Part shown: piece by piece, positions 16,076 through 29,618 of the stretch | How the letters are laid out: each line of letters opens with the position of its first letter | How positions within the stretch are numbered: the first letter of the stretch is position 1 | NCBI RefSeq assembly: GCF_001194135.2 | Contig: NC_069001.1 | Location: forward strand, 25,518,260-25,580,679 | Direction: 5' to 3' | Length of the DNA: 62,420 nucleotides | Source of the DNA: Octopus bimaculoides | Taxonomy: Eukaryota | Translations under genes and position numbers: made by a program | The notes under the pieces: model-generated | Databases searched by the model: none | Seen by the model: only the letters and a program-made list of their open reading frames with translations | Told to the model about the DNA's origin: nothing

Positions 16076-16621
16076 TATATATATATATACACACATATAC
16101 ATATATATATATACACACATATACATATATATATATACACACATATACATATATATATATATACACACATATACANNNNNNNNNNNNNNNNNNNNNNNNN
16201 NNNNNNNNNNNNNNNNNNNNNNNNNNNNNNNNNNNNNNNNNNNNNNNNNNNNNNNNNNNNNNNNNNNNNNNNNNNNNNNNNNNNNNNNNNNNNNNNNNNN
16301 NNNNNNNNNNNNNNNNNNNNNNNNNNNNNNNNNNNNNNNNNNNNNNNNNNNNNNNNNNNNNNNNNNNNNNNNNNNNNNNNNNNNNNNNNNNNNNNNNNNN
16401 NNNNNNNNNNNNNNNNNNNNNNNNNNNNNNNNNNNNNNNNNNNNNNNNNNNNNNNNNNNNNNNNNNNNNNNNNNNNNNNNNNNNNNNNNNNNNNNNNNNN
16501 NNNNNNNNNNNNNNNNNNNNNNNNNNNNNNNNNNNNNNNNNNNNNNNNNNNNNNNNNNNNNNNNNNNNNNNNNNNNNNNNNNNNNNNNNNNNNNNNNNNN
16601 NNNNNNNNNNNNNNNNNNNNN

Positions 16622-16668
<47 letters not shown>

Positions 16669-16760
16669 CACATATACATATATATATATATATATATACA
16701 TATGCATGTATATATACACACATATATATATATATACAGATAGATAGATAAATAGATATT
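15850..16760. repeat. Large compound (TA)/(TACA)-type microsatellite spanning an assembly gap (representative of many across the window)
   Basis: Units such as acacacatatacatatatatat flank the N-run at 16176-16620. Most N-gaps in the window sit in or next to simple-repeat tracts. Confidence 0.95.
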
Positions 16761-18274
16761 ACATACATTCATATTCGTATGTGTGGGGGTATATATATAA
16801 CGTATATATACATATTTATATATGTATGTGTGTGTGTGAATTTGTGATTTTGCGTGTAAACATGTATACACCTCCATGTATGTTAACAAGGGTGAATGTA
16901 AAGAGCTATGTCAAGAAAAACATTTACATATATGTCGGTTATATAAATATCTCTGCGTTGAATTATGCAGTTGAGGCAGACGTAAACACACATATTGCAT
17001 GATTTATGCATTCGGTGTCGTACATACACACATACATACATACATACATGCAATTATACACTCATATATACTTACATTCATCCAACTCTTCACCACACAC
17101 ACACACACACCATACATGCACACACACACACATATATAAATATATATTCATGCATGTGTGTTTGTTTGCCTGTTCCTATATCCATAATTATATGCATATA
17201 TGTTTATAAGTATTGATATATAGGTATATCTATACATATATACACAGACATATGTATACACGTATAGCGGTATGTATATGTAGGTTTCTCGAATGGTGAA
17301 AACATCTTACACGGTCTCTTCCGTTAAGGGACTAACTAGCTGTAGAGCCACATACATCAATATTAAAGAGAAGTCGAAGAAAATAAAATAAAAAATATGT
17401 AAGTCAATACAAATATAAAATGGACGAAAAATATGGTACTATTACCACTACTACTACTAATACTAATATTGATTTCTGCTATAATATAGTCCTAATAATA
17501 TCAATGTAGCATTAGAAAGAAAATTGCAAAAGAACATATAATATCATGCACAAAAACGCTAGATTGTTGCAAACTGTGTTGGTGCGACGAAGGTGGATAT
17601 TAGACAAGAAGTTTCAAGAGTACGAAGCACATTTAAAACTGTAGATTACGTTTCTTATCTCTTAATTTATGTAAGCTGTCAACAATAGGAGTTGAGCTGA
17701 ACGAAATTATAACAGATATATCAAGGCAGCATATTTTGCGGAGAACTACGCTCAGAGGAAACGTTGTTGCCAGTGTCAATAGTAAGATGGACAGCACACC
17801 TTGACCCCCAGAGGTCAGAGTTTCGTTCTGCTGTTCACGAATACTAAATTGTGGTCCATTGTGGCCAACGAATATAATTACCAGGAACTCTCGTACAGGC
17901 AGCGGAGTGTACGCTTTTACATGATGTACGTATATTTATTGTGTACCTCTGTGTGTATGTGCATGTACGTTTGTATGTGTATATGTATATATAAATACAC
18001 ATGTATATATGTGTGTGTAAGTATATATATTTATGGGTGTATATATATANNNNNNNNNNNNNNNNNNNNNNNNNNNNNNNNNNNNNNNNNNNNNNNNNNN
18101 NNNNNNNNNNNNNNNNNNNNNNNNNNNNNNNNNNNNNNNNNNNNNNNNNNNNNNNNNNNNNNNNNNNNNNNNNNNNNNNNNNNNNNNNNNNNNNNNNNNN
18201 NNNNNNNNNNNNNNNNNNNNNNNNNNNNNNNNNNNNNNNNNNNNNNNNNNNNNNNNNNNNNNNNNNNNNNNNNN

Positions 18275-18322
<48 letters not shown>

Positions 18323-19228
18323 AATGAAAGCTATGTATATATATGTGTAACTGTGTTTATACATATATATATATATATATGCCTATGTGTGTATTTTTGT
18401 ATATATGTAGGTATGCATATATGTATATATGTATAACTGTGATTATACATAGGTGTATGTCTGCCTCTCTGTGTGTGAGTGTGCATGTGTGTATGTGTGT
18501 CCGCACGTATTCATATTAGGGTAAATATGTATGCATGTACGTGTGCTTGTAGTGTGAAAGTTTCCGACAGAACCTGTATCCCAGAGTAGAGAATATGTCT
18601 AAAGAAGCGACGAGATAGCGCCAATTTTGTTTTAAACCTATCAAAAACACAACGAAAAATTTTATAACCAGCGAAATAATGTAAGGCGAAAGCCGTAACA
18701 TCATTTCATATTTCAATTTAATCCCATTTGAGAGTTAATTTTACTATACAGGCAAAAAAACCCACCAAATATTATGATAGTAACTGTAGCCTTGTTCCCT
18801 CAGATTGTGCGAATGATTCAGTCGTTCTACGAGATTGTTTCTGATCAGCGTAAACTTCAAACTGTCATAATTTTGGTATCTAATAGAATAAATTACTGCC
18901 TAAAGCTAAACCTCAGAAAACACAAATATATAGTGCAGATTATTAAAATTTGTATAACATTCCAAGAAACCTTCAGTAACGTGCGAACTATGATATTCAA
19001 AATATGTATCTAGACTATTCTTTGAAAGTTTTATGTATCGATTTCATATATCGATGAGCCGTATTCACGTATCAATAATGTGGCATTTAAGGAGTACAGG
19101 CATGTTTGTAGGAAGATGCATAATACTTTAGAAAAAGAAAAATACACTTCAGTTGACGTAACACGCTACGCCCTAAAACATCAAATTAATCTGTAATGCT
19201 GATTTTGTTTTCTCTCAGGAAAAATATT

Positions 19229-19425
19229 ATTTTCTACTCAAGGCACAAGGCCCGAAATTTTGGGGGAGGAGGATAGTCGATTAGATCGACCTCAGTACGC
19301 AACTGATACATAATTTATCGACCCCGAAAGAATGAAACGCAAGGTCGACCTCAGAGGAATTTGAACTCAGAACATAAAGACAGACGAGATACCGCTAAGC
19401 ATTTCACCCGGCGTGATAACGTTTC
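19229..19425 (-). mobile_element. tRNA-derived SINE family A (central GCCTTTCATCCTTTCGGGGTCGATAAA-type domain), 5' end clipped
   Basis: Reverse complement aligns by eye with the full-length copy at 56358-56573 (B-box-like GAGTTCAAATTCC, central domain, 3' GGGCCTTGTGCC tail). Confidence 0.9.
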
Positions 19426-19479
19426 GTATTCCTTTACTTCCCATAGGGGGCCACACACAGAGGGGACAAACAAGGACAG

Positions 19480-19657
19480 GCAAACGGATTAAGTCGATTA
19501 TATCGACACCAGTGCGTAACTGGTACTTACTTAATCGATTTCGAAAGGATGAAAGGCAAAGTCAACATCGGCAGAATATGAACTCAGAACGTAACGGCAG
19601 ACAAAATACCGCTAAGCACTTCACCCGGCGTGCTAACGTTTCTGCCAGCTCACCGCT
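19480..19657 (-). mobile_element. SINE family A copy
   Basis: Contains gaaaggatgaaaggcaaagtc…gaactcagaacgta…ccgctaagcacttcacccggcgtgctaacgtttctgccagctcaccgc, the reverse complement of the family head and core. Confidence 0.9.
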
Positions 19658-19702
19658 TTGTCTCATAAAAGGTATTGGCTTAAAATTTTGTCACAAAAAC
19701 GG

Positions 19703-19754
<52 letters not shown>

Positions 19755-19765
19755 TCTTGGAGTTC

Positions 19766-19907
19766 AGGGGCGGACAAAGTCGATTACAGGGACTCCAAAG
19801 GTACTTATTTTATCGACCCCAAAATAATGAAAAGCAAAGTCAATCTCTACGGGATTGCCGCTAAGCATTTTGCCCCGCGTGCTAAACGATTCTGCCGCTC
19901 GCCGCCT
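19766..19907 (-). mobile_element. SINE family A copy with internal deletion
   Basis: tatcgaccccaaaataatgaaaagcaaagtc joins directly to gccgctaagcattttgccccgcgtgctaaacgattctgccgctcgccgcc; the B-box region is deleted. Confidence 0.85.
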
Positions 19908-19978
19908 AACGTCTCATGAAAAATATTACTTTGCGACTTATGAATATCGATATTTTTCTCAATAAGAATGAATTAACT

Positions 19979-20109
19979 TGAAAATTATTGAATGCCAAAT
20001 ATCCAATATACACTCTAACACCTAGCGAATGAAGACTATAACTTAATGGAGACGGTGCAATAATAGACTAAGGAGTTTTTATTGGATATTTGGCATTCAA
20101 TAATTTTCA
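19979..20109. repeat. Perfect 30-bp inverted repeat with 71-nt spacer
   Basis: 19979-20008 tgaaaattattgaatgccaaatatccaata is the exact reverse complement of 20080-20109 tattggatatttggcattcaataattttca. Confidence 0.95.
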
Positions 20110-23100
20110 GCTTCCTAGTATAGTTATTGTGCTTGCGTTTATGTAGAGTTTTGTTTATCACATTGACCAAGTGGATAGCCACATGTATTCCGGTGGAGAT
20201 ACATGTCATCCAGCCTACTTGTTACACAAATTGATGCCCTGGTGAAGCAACGGCAAACGAGCGGTGGTCCCCGGGTGACATTTTCACAGGCGCGTCGTAT
20301 TTAGGTTGCTTTATAAGCCTGTGTTGGTGGCACGTTCTCAAGGGCTTCCAAGATTGGCACACGCCCTAGTAACACCACTGATGAGTGAATTATGTAAAGG
20401 AACAACAGTAGTGATGGCCAACAGACAGACTGTTCAGGGTGCATATCAATGCATAAGTTGAGTCTGTTAGGTTAAAAAACTGTATGTGTACTCGTGCGTG
20501 CGAAATTTTGTGATGAAGAGAAATGTATATATGGATACTTGCTTGAAGGTGTGGGTGATAGTGGATCATGGTAACAGCATGTGTATGTGTAAGTGGTCAA
20601 TAATATATGTGCGTAGATGTACTGTGGTTTTGGCGTAGTTGAATGTGCGTGTGTAGATTGTGGTATATTGGTGTGCAGTTATGGCAACGTGATTGCGCAT
20701 TTTATACAAGTAGGGTGGATGAACGATGCCGGAAGATAAGGTAGAACATAAGCTGTGGTGTGAAATATAACTCAGTCTGGTGTGGGGGCGAAATAGTATC
20801 GGCAGTACAATTGAAGGCATGACTGATAGAGGAGTTGTTGCGAAAGATAGTTACGCATTGCTGTTCGGTTATACGTCTCGCTAACCTGCGGTGAGTTTAT
20901 CCAATGGGAAAGAAGCCACAGAATTAACAAATGCGACCCTTCTAATTTGACATGTGAAATATCTACTGTAGAGAAAGTGGGTGGGTTCAACTAATGTAGC
21001 AGTTTTCTGAATATAACGGCATATACCATACCATGCCCGGTAGCAAGAAAATTATTTGGTTCCCGTGGTAGAATTTCAAGACCTACGGAATAAAAAGTTT
21101 TGCAAAACAGCGGCCTTTCTATATAGGTAAACACAAATGCTACAAAAAAAAAAAAAAAGCAAAAAAACGCACACACAAACACGCAGATAACAGCATGTTT
21201 ATGTATGTATATAAAATTCTATAAGTTTAAAGAAACTCTTCAATGCACATATGTTATCAAACGCCTAAAATTACGTAATTGTTTTTTTCGATGCTTTCGG
21301 CCTATGAACGGTATTTAAGCTCAAAGAAGCGTATTTAATTTCGTACAGATGTACCTTATATGTCAGCGTTTCGGAACAATTCATTCCCGTTTAAAAAGAT
21401 TTTTTAAATATTTTTTTTCAAATGGTGTATACGGTAGCGAATGATATGTAGTCAGTCTGTATCTCACTTGCCAGAGTAATTTAATTATATTAAAGTTTTT
21501 ATTTGGATGGTTTTATGATATATCGATGCCTTTTCTTTTGTATTTCATCATAAAATACGTTTTAGAATATGTGTAGATTTAGCCAGCTTTCAGTTAGATA
21601 ATGAGCTTGTCCGTGTGCGCATAAATATGTATTTGCATGTGTGTGTTTGCGTGTGTGTGTTTGTGGGTGTGTGTGTGTGTGTGCCAATAGTGAATACATC
21701 AACACATTATACATTGCTTCTAGTTTGAAAGATAGATGCGTTTTTTTTTTTCATTTCTGACAAGAATATCTCTGATTCCTCCACTCCCGGTTCATAAGCT
21801 ATACATATTGTAACATGTAATGTCATTTCTATTTTTTCTAATGGCAAATGTATCTCACCTCTATATCCCTCATGGTGTTTTCTTATGACATATAAGTCAA
21901 TTAGAGATATATTTTCTGCCCAAGTAAATATAATATTTTGGAACACTGGCTTTTTACTACAGACTTCTAGCAGTGTTACAGATTTTCTTTTCGTAATACT
22001 TTTTCTGTCATTTCGACGTCAAATGTACGTAACTAGTTTTTTTTTTTCTTGATTACGTATTTTTTAATATTATATTGCCTTGTCTTAGCATTCTGCGTCT
22101 TTACCATAGAAGTTTTATCTATGGTAAAGCATTTTGAAATCCAAGATTATAAGAACATCTAAATTGCACTTATAATCTTGCTTTTTGTGAAGTTCATGAA
22201 ACTGCATTGAAAGCGACTTCACATTGCGACGCTTTCTCGTGAGGAGATCGATTCACAAAGGAGTTGTCAATTTTTCATGTACTTAAAACACAGCATCAAG
22301 CAATATTAAATTTGCAAAGGGTAATTCGGTTTTGAATCTATGAATGAACATTTTGAAAGATGTTTTAAATCCTTTCTTGATTTTCTCAGCTGTACTCCAT
22401 TTGCAATATCCGATATTCTAAGCACGTTATCACTTTTCGGATCACCTTTAATATCATACATGTTGCTACATATTTCCTTCAGTAAGAATAAGAATCTTGA
22501 CCTGCATTATAAGAATATGAGAATTGCCTAAACCCATTTACTTATGCAAAGAAAAATTTGCACAAAAAGTAGAGAAATTTCTCGACTACATAATAATCGG
22601 TAGATCGATTTGTATTATGTTTATATATGTTTTTGTTTACTTAAATTTCTTTTTGAAGACGTTCTTGGATAATGCAAGAATAACAGGCTAAGATATAGAA
22701 TTGTAGAATATGAGTGTTCCTTTTAGATGCCATTCATTCAAATCACGTGGTTATTTAGACAGCTCTGTTTCACGGATTCGATATGCTGAAAGTATTTTGA
22801 CAACATTTATTCTATCTAAACTCGTTTTACTTATTGTTAGTAAACAGGCACTTAACCACATGTAGGGAGATCGCGAAATTGATTTTCTTGTCTTTGATGA
22901 AAGTTTATGTCTTTTAAGGGAGAATTTAAAGTTGTTTTGCAGGTTATATTTAATGGCTATACGTTATTGGTTATGCTTACGCGGGATTTCATTTTATATA
23001 TCTCCTTTGTGTATTCTTTGTAGAAATGGATAATAACATCTTTTAAAATACTGTAACATATCACATATGCGTTCCTTGTTGACTGTACATAGTTTCTAGA

Positions 23101-26100
23101 AAATTTTATTGTTCAAATTTAAGTTTAACGCGGGAAGAAAATCGTAGTTTAAATGAGGGAACATAGCTTAATATTGGTCAACATAATTATAGGCAGAAAT
23201 GTGCCCATACCCAAGCGTATTCATGAAAGAAACGATTTTGATCATAAGTCTCCTTCGATTAGATGAGTTTAATATTTCGAGAAGAGCAACGTCATATGGA
23301 ATATGAGAAATATTTCAGATATATCGTTATTCCTTATACGCTCCATGTTGACCTGGTGTTAACACTTTCAAGTTCCAAACGTATTTCAGCAAATGTAATG
23401 GGCATACCTCAGAATATGCTAACTCGAAATCCTTTAAAGTGGAGAGATACTGACAGATGAAATATTAGTAAATATATGTAACAACACAAGCGATAAATTA
23501 GGCTGTCAGTGTGCAGAATTACAGAGGCATGACCTCAAAATTATATTTCTGCGTATCTGTGTGTTTGTGCGTACCTGCATGTTTTGTGTGCATATGTGGC
23601 CGTTAATGAAAGTGAATGTGTGCATGTATGTGTGTGTCTGTGATTATGTGTAAATAGATTGATAAATGTATAAATTTATATATGCTGATATAAATAAATG
23701 CGCGTTCATAAACTCATAAAGACGACAACTACATGTTACCGCTAGGACATTTGTGCTAACAGTGTTTCAAGATTTTGGCATGAATGTGAAGTTATAAGTG
23801 AACTCAAACAAAATTACATTTCGACAACGTTACACTTGTAGAAAAGTTAGACTTTCAAGAAAATAATATTATCATGTTTCATGTCCTGACGAAACAAAAC
23901 AGCTCTTGAACAAGAAATCGTGCGCATAATTCTTGGTTTCCTCTTCTCGAAATAGTAAACAAATCTATCCGAAATAGTTCACTAGCATCCTACAAAACGA
24001 AAATCGCACATACGCTCAAAAAAAAAAAAAAAATCATTTATTCGGATCTCTCTACCAATCTCCTGTAAAAAAGACATTGTATTTTCCTTAATACTAAGTT
24101 AATTCATAGATCCATTAATGGTTACTTTTGATTGTTACCCCTTTACCATTGCAGCAAATAACGTTTTCTTTAACCACTTGACTATCGATAACTTGTGAAT
24201 GTAATTAGTTAGAAACTGCTTAGAAATCTTTCTGGTTGATAGTATCTTTCTCTACAATTTGTTTAATGGTATTATCTACAATTTACATTGAGGGTACATG
24301 CGTGTATGGAGCGTTCAACCAATTTCACGCTATTTTAAGACCAGGCATTGCAGATAATCAAACAAGTGAAATTTAGTCATCGAAAAACAATGATCCACCA
24401 ACAAATCAATGTGTGTGTGTGTTTGTTTGTACGCGCATTTGTATGTATCTCTGTGTATATGTTTATGTGCGCGTGTGCTTTATTCATGTAATATAGGTAC
24501 ATCATTTATTTCCTTACAACTGTTTGTTTCATCGCCTGTTAGCGTCATCTTGACTTTTATTCAACCTTATAATTGTTGAAATAAATAAAAGAAAATCTAA
24601 AATTCACTTAATTTTTCCTTTATATACGTTATGTGTCCGTCTTTAAATAAATACTTGAATTTAATTATTATCATTTAAGCATTATTAGCAAGAAACTATT
24701 ACAATAAACATTATATGTTGATCGGTGGGACAGTTGAAACAACCACTTCTGATACAGTTAATATTTATCTGAGCTCTCTTTTGGGTAAAATAATTTGCTA
24801 ATCGTAGATACAAAAGTCTGTGTATATAAAGACGCACGAACATATAAAAATATGTTTCTGTTTAAATGTGTGATTGTTCAATCATCAAACCTGATTGTTA
24901 TCGCGTTTTTTATTCTACGTCCTGCGTTAATTCCGAAAAGTACTACGTCCCAGCCTCTCGTTGTAATCATATTTTCACATTAAATTTCATTATACCTATC
25001 AACTTTGAACAATGTATGATTAACATTTGCTACCTAGCATGATTTATTCTGTTTTTCTAAATTTGAAATCGTTATGTAGAGTGTAACTTAGGTTGTGGTC
25101 ACACATAAATTATTTTGTACATTGTGTTAATGTTTTTAACATTTCACCTCTTATAGTTAAATGCTTTGTTAGCCATTGCATTTCGATGAGAAATGATTTC
25201 GGTTCATTAAATATCTCATATATCATTTATAGGTAGTTGTTTATATGACATACTCAATCTTATAGGATATATATTTTAATACATTCATTGAATTATTCTT
25301 ATTTATTAAATGGTTTTACGTCTGACGCCTCACTCTAAAATTTGATAACTATCCCAAAACGTTGTTCACTACTTCCTGCAGAATGAAAAGTACGCAGAAA
25401 CATATGTTTGAAATGAAATGCATTTACACAACCACGCATGTATAAATCAGAAACATGTTTTCTTCCTTCTCATACTATCTCGCCACACACGAACCTAAAA
25501 CGACATATTGGATTTTCCTTAATGGTATCTTAATTCAGATGGTTTATTCATGGCTATATTAGATAATTACCCTTCTCAATTAGGGCCACTTGCTGTTTTA
25601 GATAGCTGTTGCTTAGTTTCTATAGCTAACCGAAGATATTTTCTACGTATCATTGTTTAAAGTTGTATGATATAAATTAAAGCTGTTTTAAGTTTTTGGT
25701 AGTTATTTATATAAGCACTCTGACTTAATTCGAATAAATAATGCACAGACGCACACAGACACACGTACACACACATACACCTACGCGCACGCACACACGC
25801 ATGTACATAATAACATGACTTACAAAGTGGAGTCACATGGGACGTCTTTCAGCTTGGCTTAACTCTAGACAGATGTCACTACGAAAGACGTGACCGAATG
25901 AAATTTTAGTAAATAAATTCCACATAACCGTTTGAACATAATATCATTAGTTAATGAGGACTATACTCTGAGAATAGGAGAACTTTGTTTCGCATAATTA
26001 AGTCTCTGAAGCAAGTTCAAGAGTGAAAACGCTATTAAAAATATAATAATTATTATTATTTGATAATAGTTGATATAACAGAATGGAAATTATTTAAAAT

Positions 26101-27013
26101 TGGAGATAAGCAATGCGGTGACGAGCAGTGTATTATGCTTCAATATTTGATAATGCATTATGTATGTTATGACACAGTAGACAAAACGCATAAATGCAAA
26201 ATTATTTGGCAGCATGAGTTGAAAGAATTTCGGAATAGTTAAACTCAATCACTGATATGCAACTAAACTTCTTTTGAAAAGTTAGCATCAAATGCTTTTA
26301 GCAAATTGTTTAGAGTAGAGTTAAATGTGTTTTTTAATGTTTTTCCTTCTTTTTTAATTTTGTTTTTTCAGATCAAGAGCGGAACCTTCAAGAATTGATT
26401 TATTACTAACGCAAAACAGCAATAATTTCTTGGAGAAATGAGGTTATATGATGTTCTTTTTTTTTTTTTTTTTGTCTTCAACAACTTTATATTGATTTGT
26501 AATGTTAAGGGAACTTTTTCAGGGAAGGTTGTAATATTACTCGATTAAATCGACCTCAGACTTCTATTGAAAACTAATTATATCGATTCCGGGCTTAACA
26601 GACTCTACATCGGCGGGTTGCTGATTTCATGGCGTAGCGGCATTTAAGTAATTGTTGCATTCTATTTCGCTTACTAAATCGTATTTTCTATCCATTAATC
26701 TTACTATATTATCATTGTCATGTGACGTAATATATATGATTGTATTTCCATTCGACTGCGTAACCAATGACACGTCAACACTCTTGTTCGACTGCCTCGT
26801 AGTTATTTTCTTTTTACTGACATCAACAATTCACCGACCTGTTGATAGTCTCCGCTATATGATAAAGGAAAAGACTTCACGCTAAAATGAAAATAAATAT
26901 TTCAGTCACTGTTTTCTCGACAAAGAGAATGGAACTCAAAACAGCATTTTCACTACCCTAGAAAAGGTAAACTTATGCCGTATTTGTTAGTGTACACAGC
27001 CTTCTATTATCCA

Positions 27014-27204
27014 TTTCAAATTTTGTCACAAGGTCAAACATTTTGGGGAAAGAGTTAAATACTCTAAGTGCACTGATATTATCGTCTCCAAGAGGATGAA
27101 AAGCAAAGTCGACCTCGGTGGAAATTGAAATCAGATCGTAAAGACGGACGAATGCCACTAAGCATTTTGCCTGGTGTGCTAACGATTCCGCCAGCTCACC
27201 GCCT
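27014..27204 (-). mobile_element. SINE family A copy (subfamily with TTTCAAATTTTGGCACAAGG tail), near full length
   Basis: tttcaaattttgtcacaagg…ggatgaaaagcaaagtcgacctcggtggaaattgaa…ctaagcattttgcctggtgtgctaacgattccgccagctcaccgcc. Confidence 0.9.
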
Positions 27205-27261
27205 TACTGTGTTTTATCATTAACGAAAAAGACAGAAATCTGGCACAATCATTACTACGAT

Positions 27262-27438
27262 GGACGAAATGGTTAGCGTAAATGCTTATGGCTTTACATT
27301 ATGAATTCAAATACTAATGAGGTCTACTTTCATTTTATCATTTCGGGGTCCATAAAATAAGTACCACTTATCACTGGCATCTATGTAATTGACTATTCTC
27401 TCCCCTAAAATTTCTGGTCTTGCATCAGAATTTCAGAA
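27262..27438 (+). mobile_element. Diverged SINE family A copy, head-to-head with 27014-27204
   Basis: ggacgaaatggttagcg…gaattcaaatact…gaggtctacttt…tcatttcggggtccataaaataagtacca…. Confidence 0.75.
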
Positions 27439-27725
27439 CATTGTGAATATATTAACCAAGATATAAAAATATACATACACAATTACACACCCGTGTGTGT
27501 GTGTGTGTGTGTGTGTTTATGCGTGTACCTTTTAATCATTAAGTCAGGAAAGAGTATTGCCTTTAATCGTTTATAGATTCCTCAAAACTAATAAGGTGAG
27601 TGTTTTCTCATTCTGCAGACTTCGCAAAACCTTGCAATGTATTAGTTACTGAGTGTATAAAATATAACCCATTCTATCTCAGAGGAGGAAAAAATATTTC
27701 TTTATCTGTGTATGTTGTAGGTTGT

Positions 27726-28103
27726 GGGGGCGCAATGGCCCAGTTGTTAGGGCAGCGGACTCGTGGTCGTAAGAACGCTGTTTCGATTGCCAGACCGGGC
27801 GTTGAGAATGCTTATTGAGAGAAAGCACCTAAAGCTCCACGAGGCTCCGCCAGAGGGTGGTGGCGAACCCTGCTGTACTCTTTCACCAGAACTTTCTCTC
27901 ACTCTTTCTTCCTGTTTTTGTTGTACCTGTATTTCAAAAGGAAAGCCTTGTCACACTCTGTGTCACGCTGAATCTCCCCGAGAACTACATTAAGGGTACA
28001 CGTGTGTATGGAGTGCTCAACCACTTGCACTTTAATTTCACGAGCAGGCTGTTCCGTTGAGTGGATCAACTGGAACTCTTGTCATCGTAACCTATGGAGT
28101 GCC
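27726..28103 (+). mobile_element. tRNA-derived SINE family B, full length
   Basis: A-box TGGCCCAGTTG and B-box-like GTTTCGATTGCC; colinear over about 380 bp with 44487-44873. Confidence 0.92.
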
Positions 28104-29243
28104 GAAGGCATGCTGTAGGTTACACATGTAAACACCTCAGTTGTGGCTATTTAAAGCTGTGGAATTTCAATCACTGTTTCTACATCGAAGATATCTTGTA
28201 GTAATTATAGGACAGGAGAATCTGATCAATTGATATATAGCTTACCAACACACAAACACCGGTGTAGGTATTAATTACGAATGAGAGGAAATGCAGTTCC
28301 CCTTACTCTGTAATGTGTAATTGACACATTATCAGTATTTCATTCAAATGAGATTTATATAGGTCTGAGCTACAGTAACCTGTATCAGTCTTAACTGAGA
28401 ATTTAACGTGTATCATAAGTAGAATAAAATACTATAAGTTTTGTCGAGAGCTTTTGGAATAGCAGAGTGAATTACTGTAGGAAGAGATGTAGATGTACCA
28501 CAGGGAATACAATATAAACCGACAATATCTCGTCTTACTGGAATTTCCCACTGTATTTCGCCCTCTGTATTGCATGCTGCAATGTAACCAGACGACAGTT
28601 TGTAGATTATCTATTAAGAAATGGTTAACTAACTGTTAGTTGTGCATTAACATACGTTTCGATTTCTTAGGGAGAGGTTTACCCTATTTCATGGAAATAA
28701 AATACTTTATTTTGAATGAAATGTGTCAAAAATCCCATTCTTTATTGTATGAGAATTTGGGCCTACGATTTTGTAATATTGAACCATGCGTACTTTGTCT
28801 AAAATATGAACTGCTAAAATTACGACGGGAGACATCTAATACGTCTGTGCGCATTTTATGCTATCATATATAGTAGTTATATTTCAACATTCAGTGGGAA
28901 ACAAAGAAGTGCGAAAGCACACATCCCCAAATTACACTTCTATATGTGTTCTCTCCACTGCAGCTATCTATCAGCGAATGGATAATTGGCCAAAATCATT
29001 GCTGCCGCGATCATGGTATACTTTCTTTATGAAAATAAGTGTATAAATTTTGTCGTGTTTCAAGACATCTTTGTGTCGTTTGAGAGTATTTCGGTGCTAG
29101 CATTACCAGGTCGAGTATGAACATTCGTGCATAAAAAAGTGTTATTGCTTGTGAGATTTGAGAGGTGTAAAATATATGGGTGAAAGTTTCTGTATACATA
29201 GTATAATGTATATGTATGAATATCACTTCACGCCCGCGTGTGC

Positions 29244-29289
<46 letters not shown>

Positions 29290-29587
29290 NNNNNNNNNNN
29301 NNNNNNNNNNNNNNNNNNNNNNNNNNNNNNNNNNNNNNNNNNNNNNNNNNNNNNNNNNNNNNNNNNNNNNNNNNNNNNNNNNNNNNNNNNNNNNNNNNNN
29401 NNNNNNNNNNNNNNNNNNNNNNNNNNNNNNNNNNNNNNNNNNNNNNNNNNNNNNNNNNNNNNNNNNNNNNNNNNNNNNNNNNNNNNNNNNNNNNNNNNNN
29501 NNNNNNNNNNNNNNNNNNNNNNNNNNNNNNNNNNNNNNNNNNNNNNNNNNNNNNNNNNNNNNNNNNNNATATATATATATATGCATG

Positions 29588-29618
<31 letters not shown>

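Noticed and set aside
20368-20400. CTGATGA at about 20376 (also about 10654 and minus about 6305) as ribozyme or C/D-box cores
   Set aside because: No following stem II plus GAAA and no matching box pair; expected by chance.
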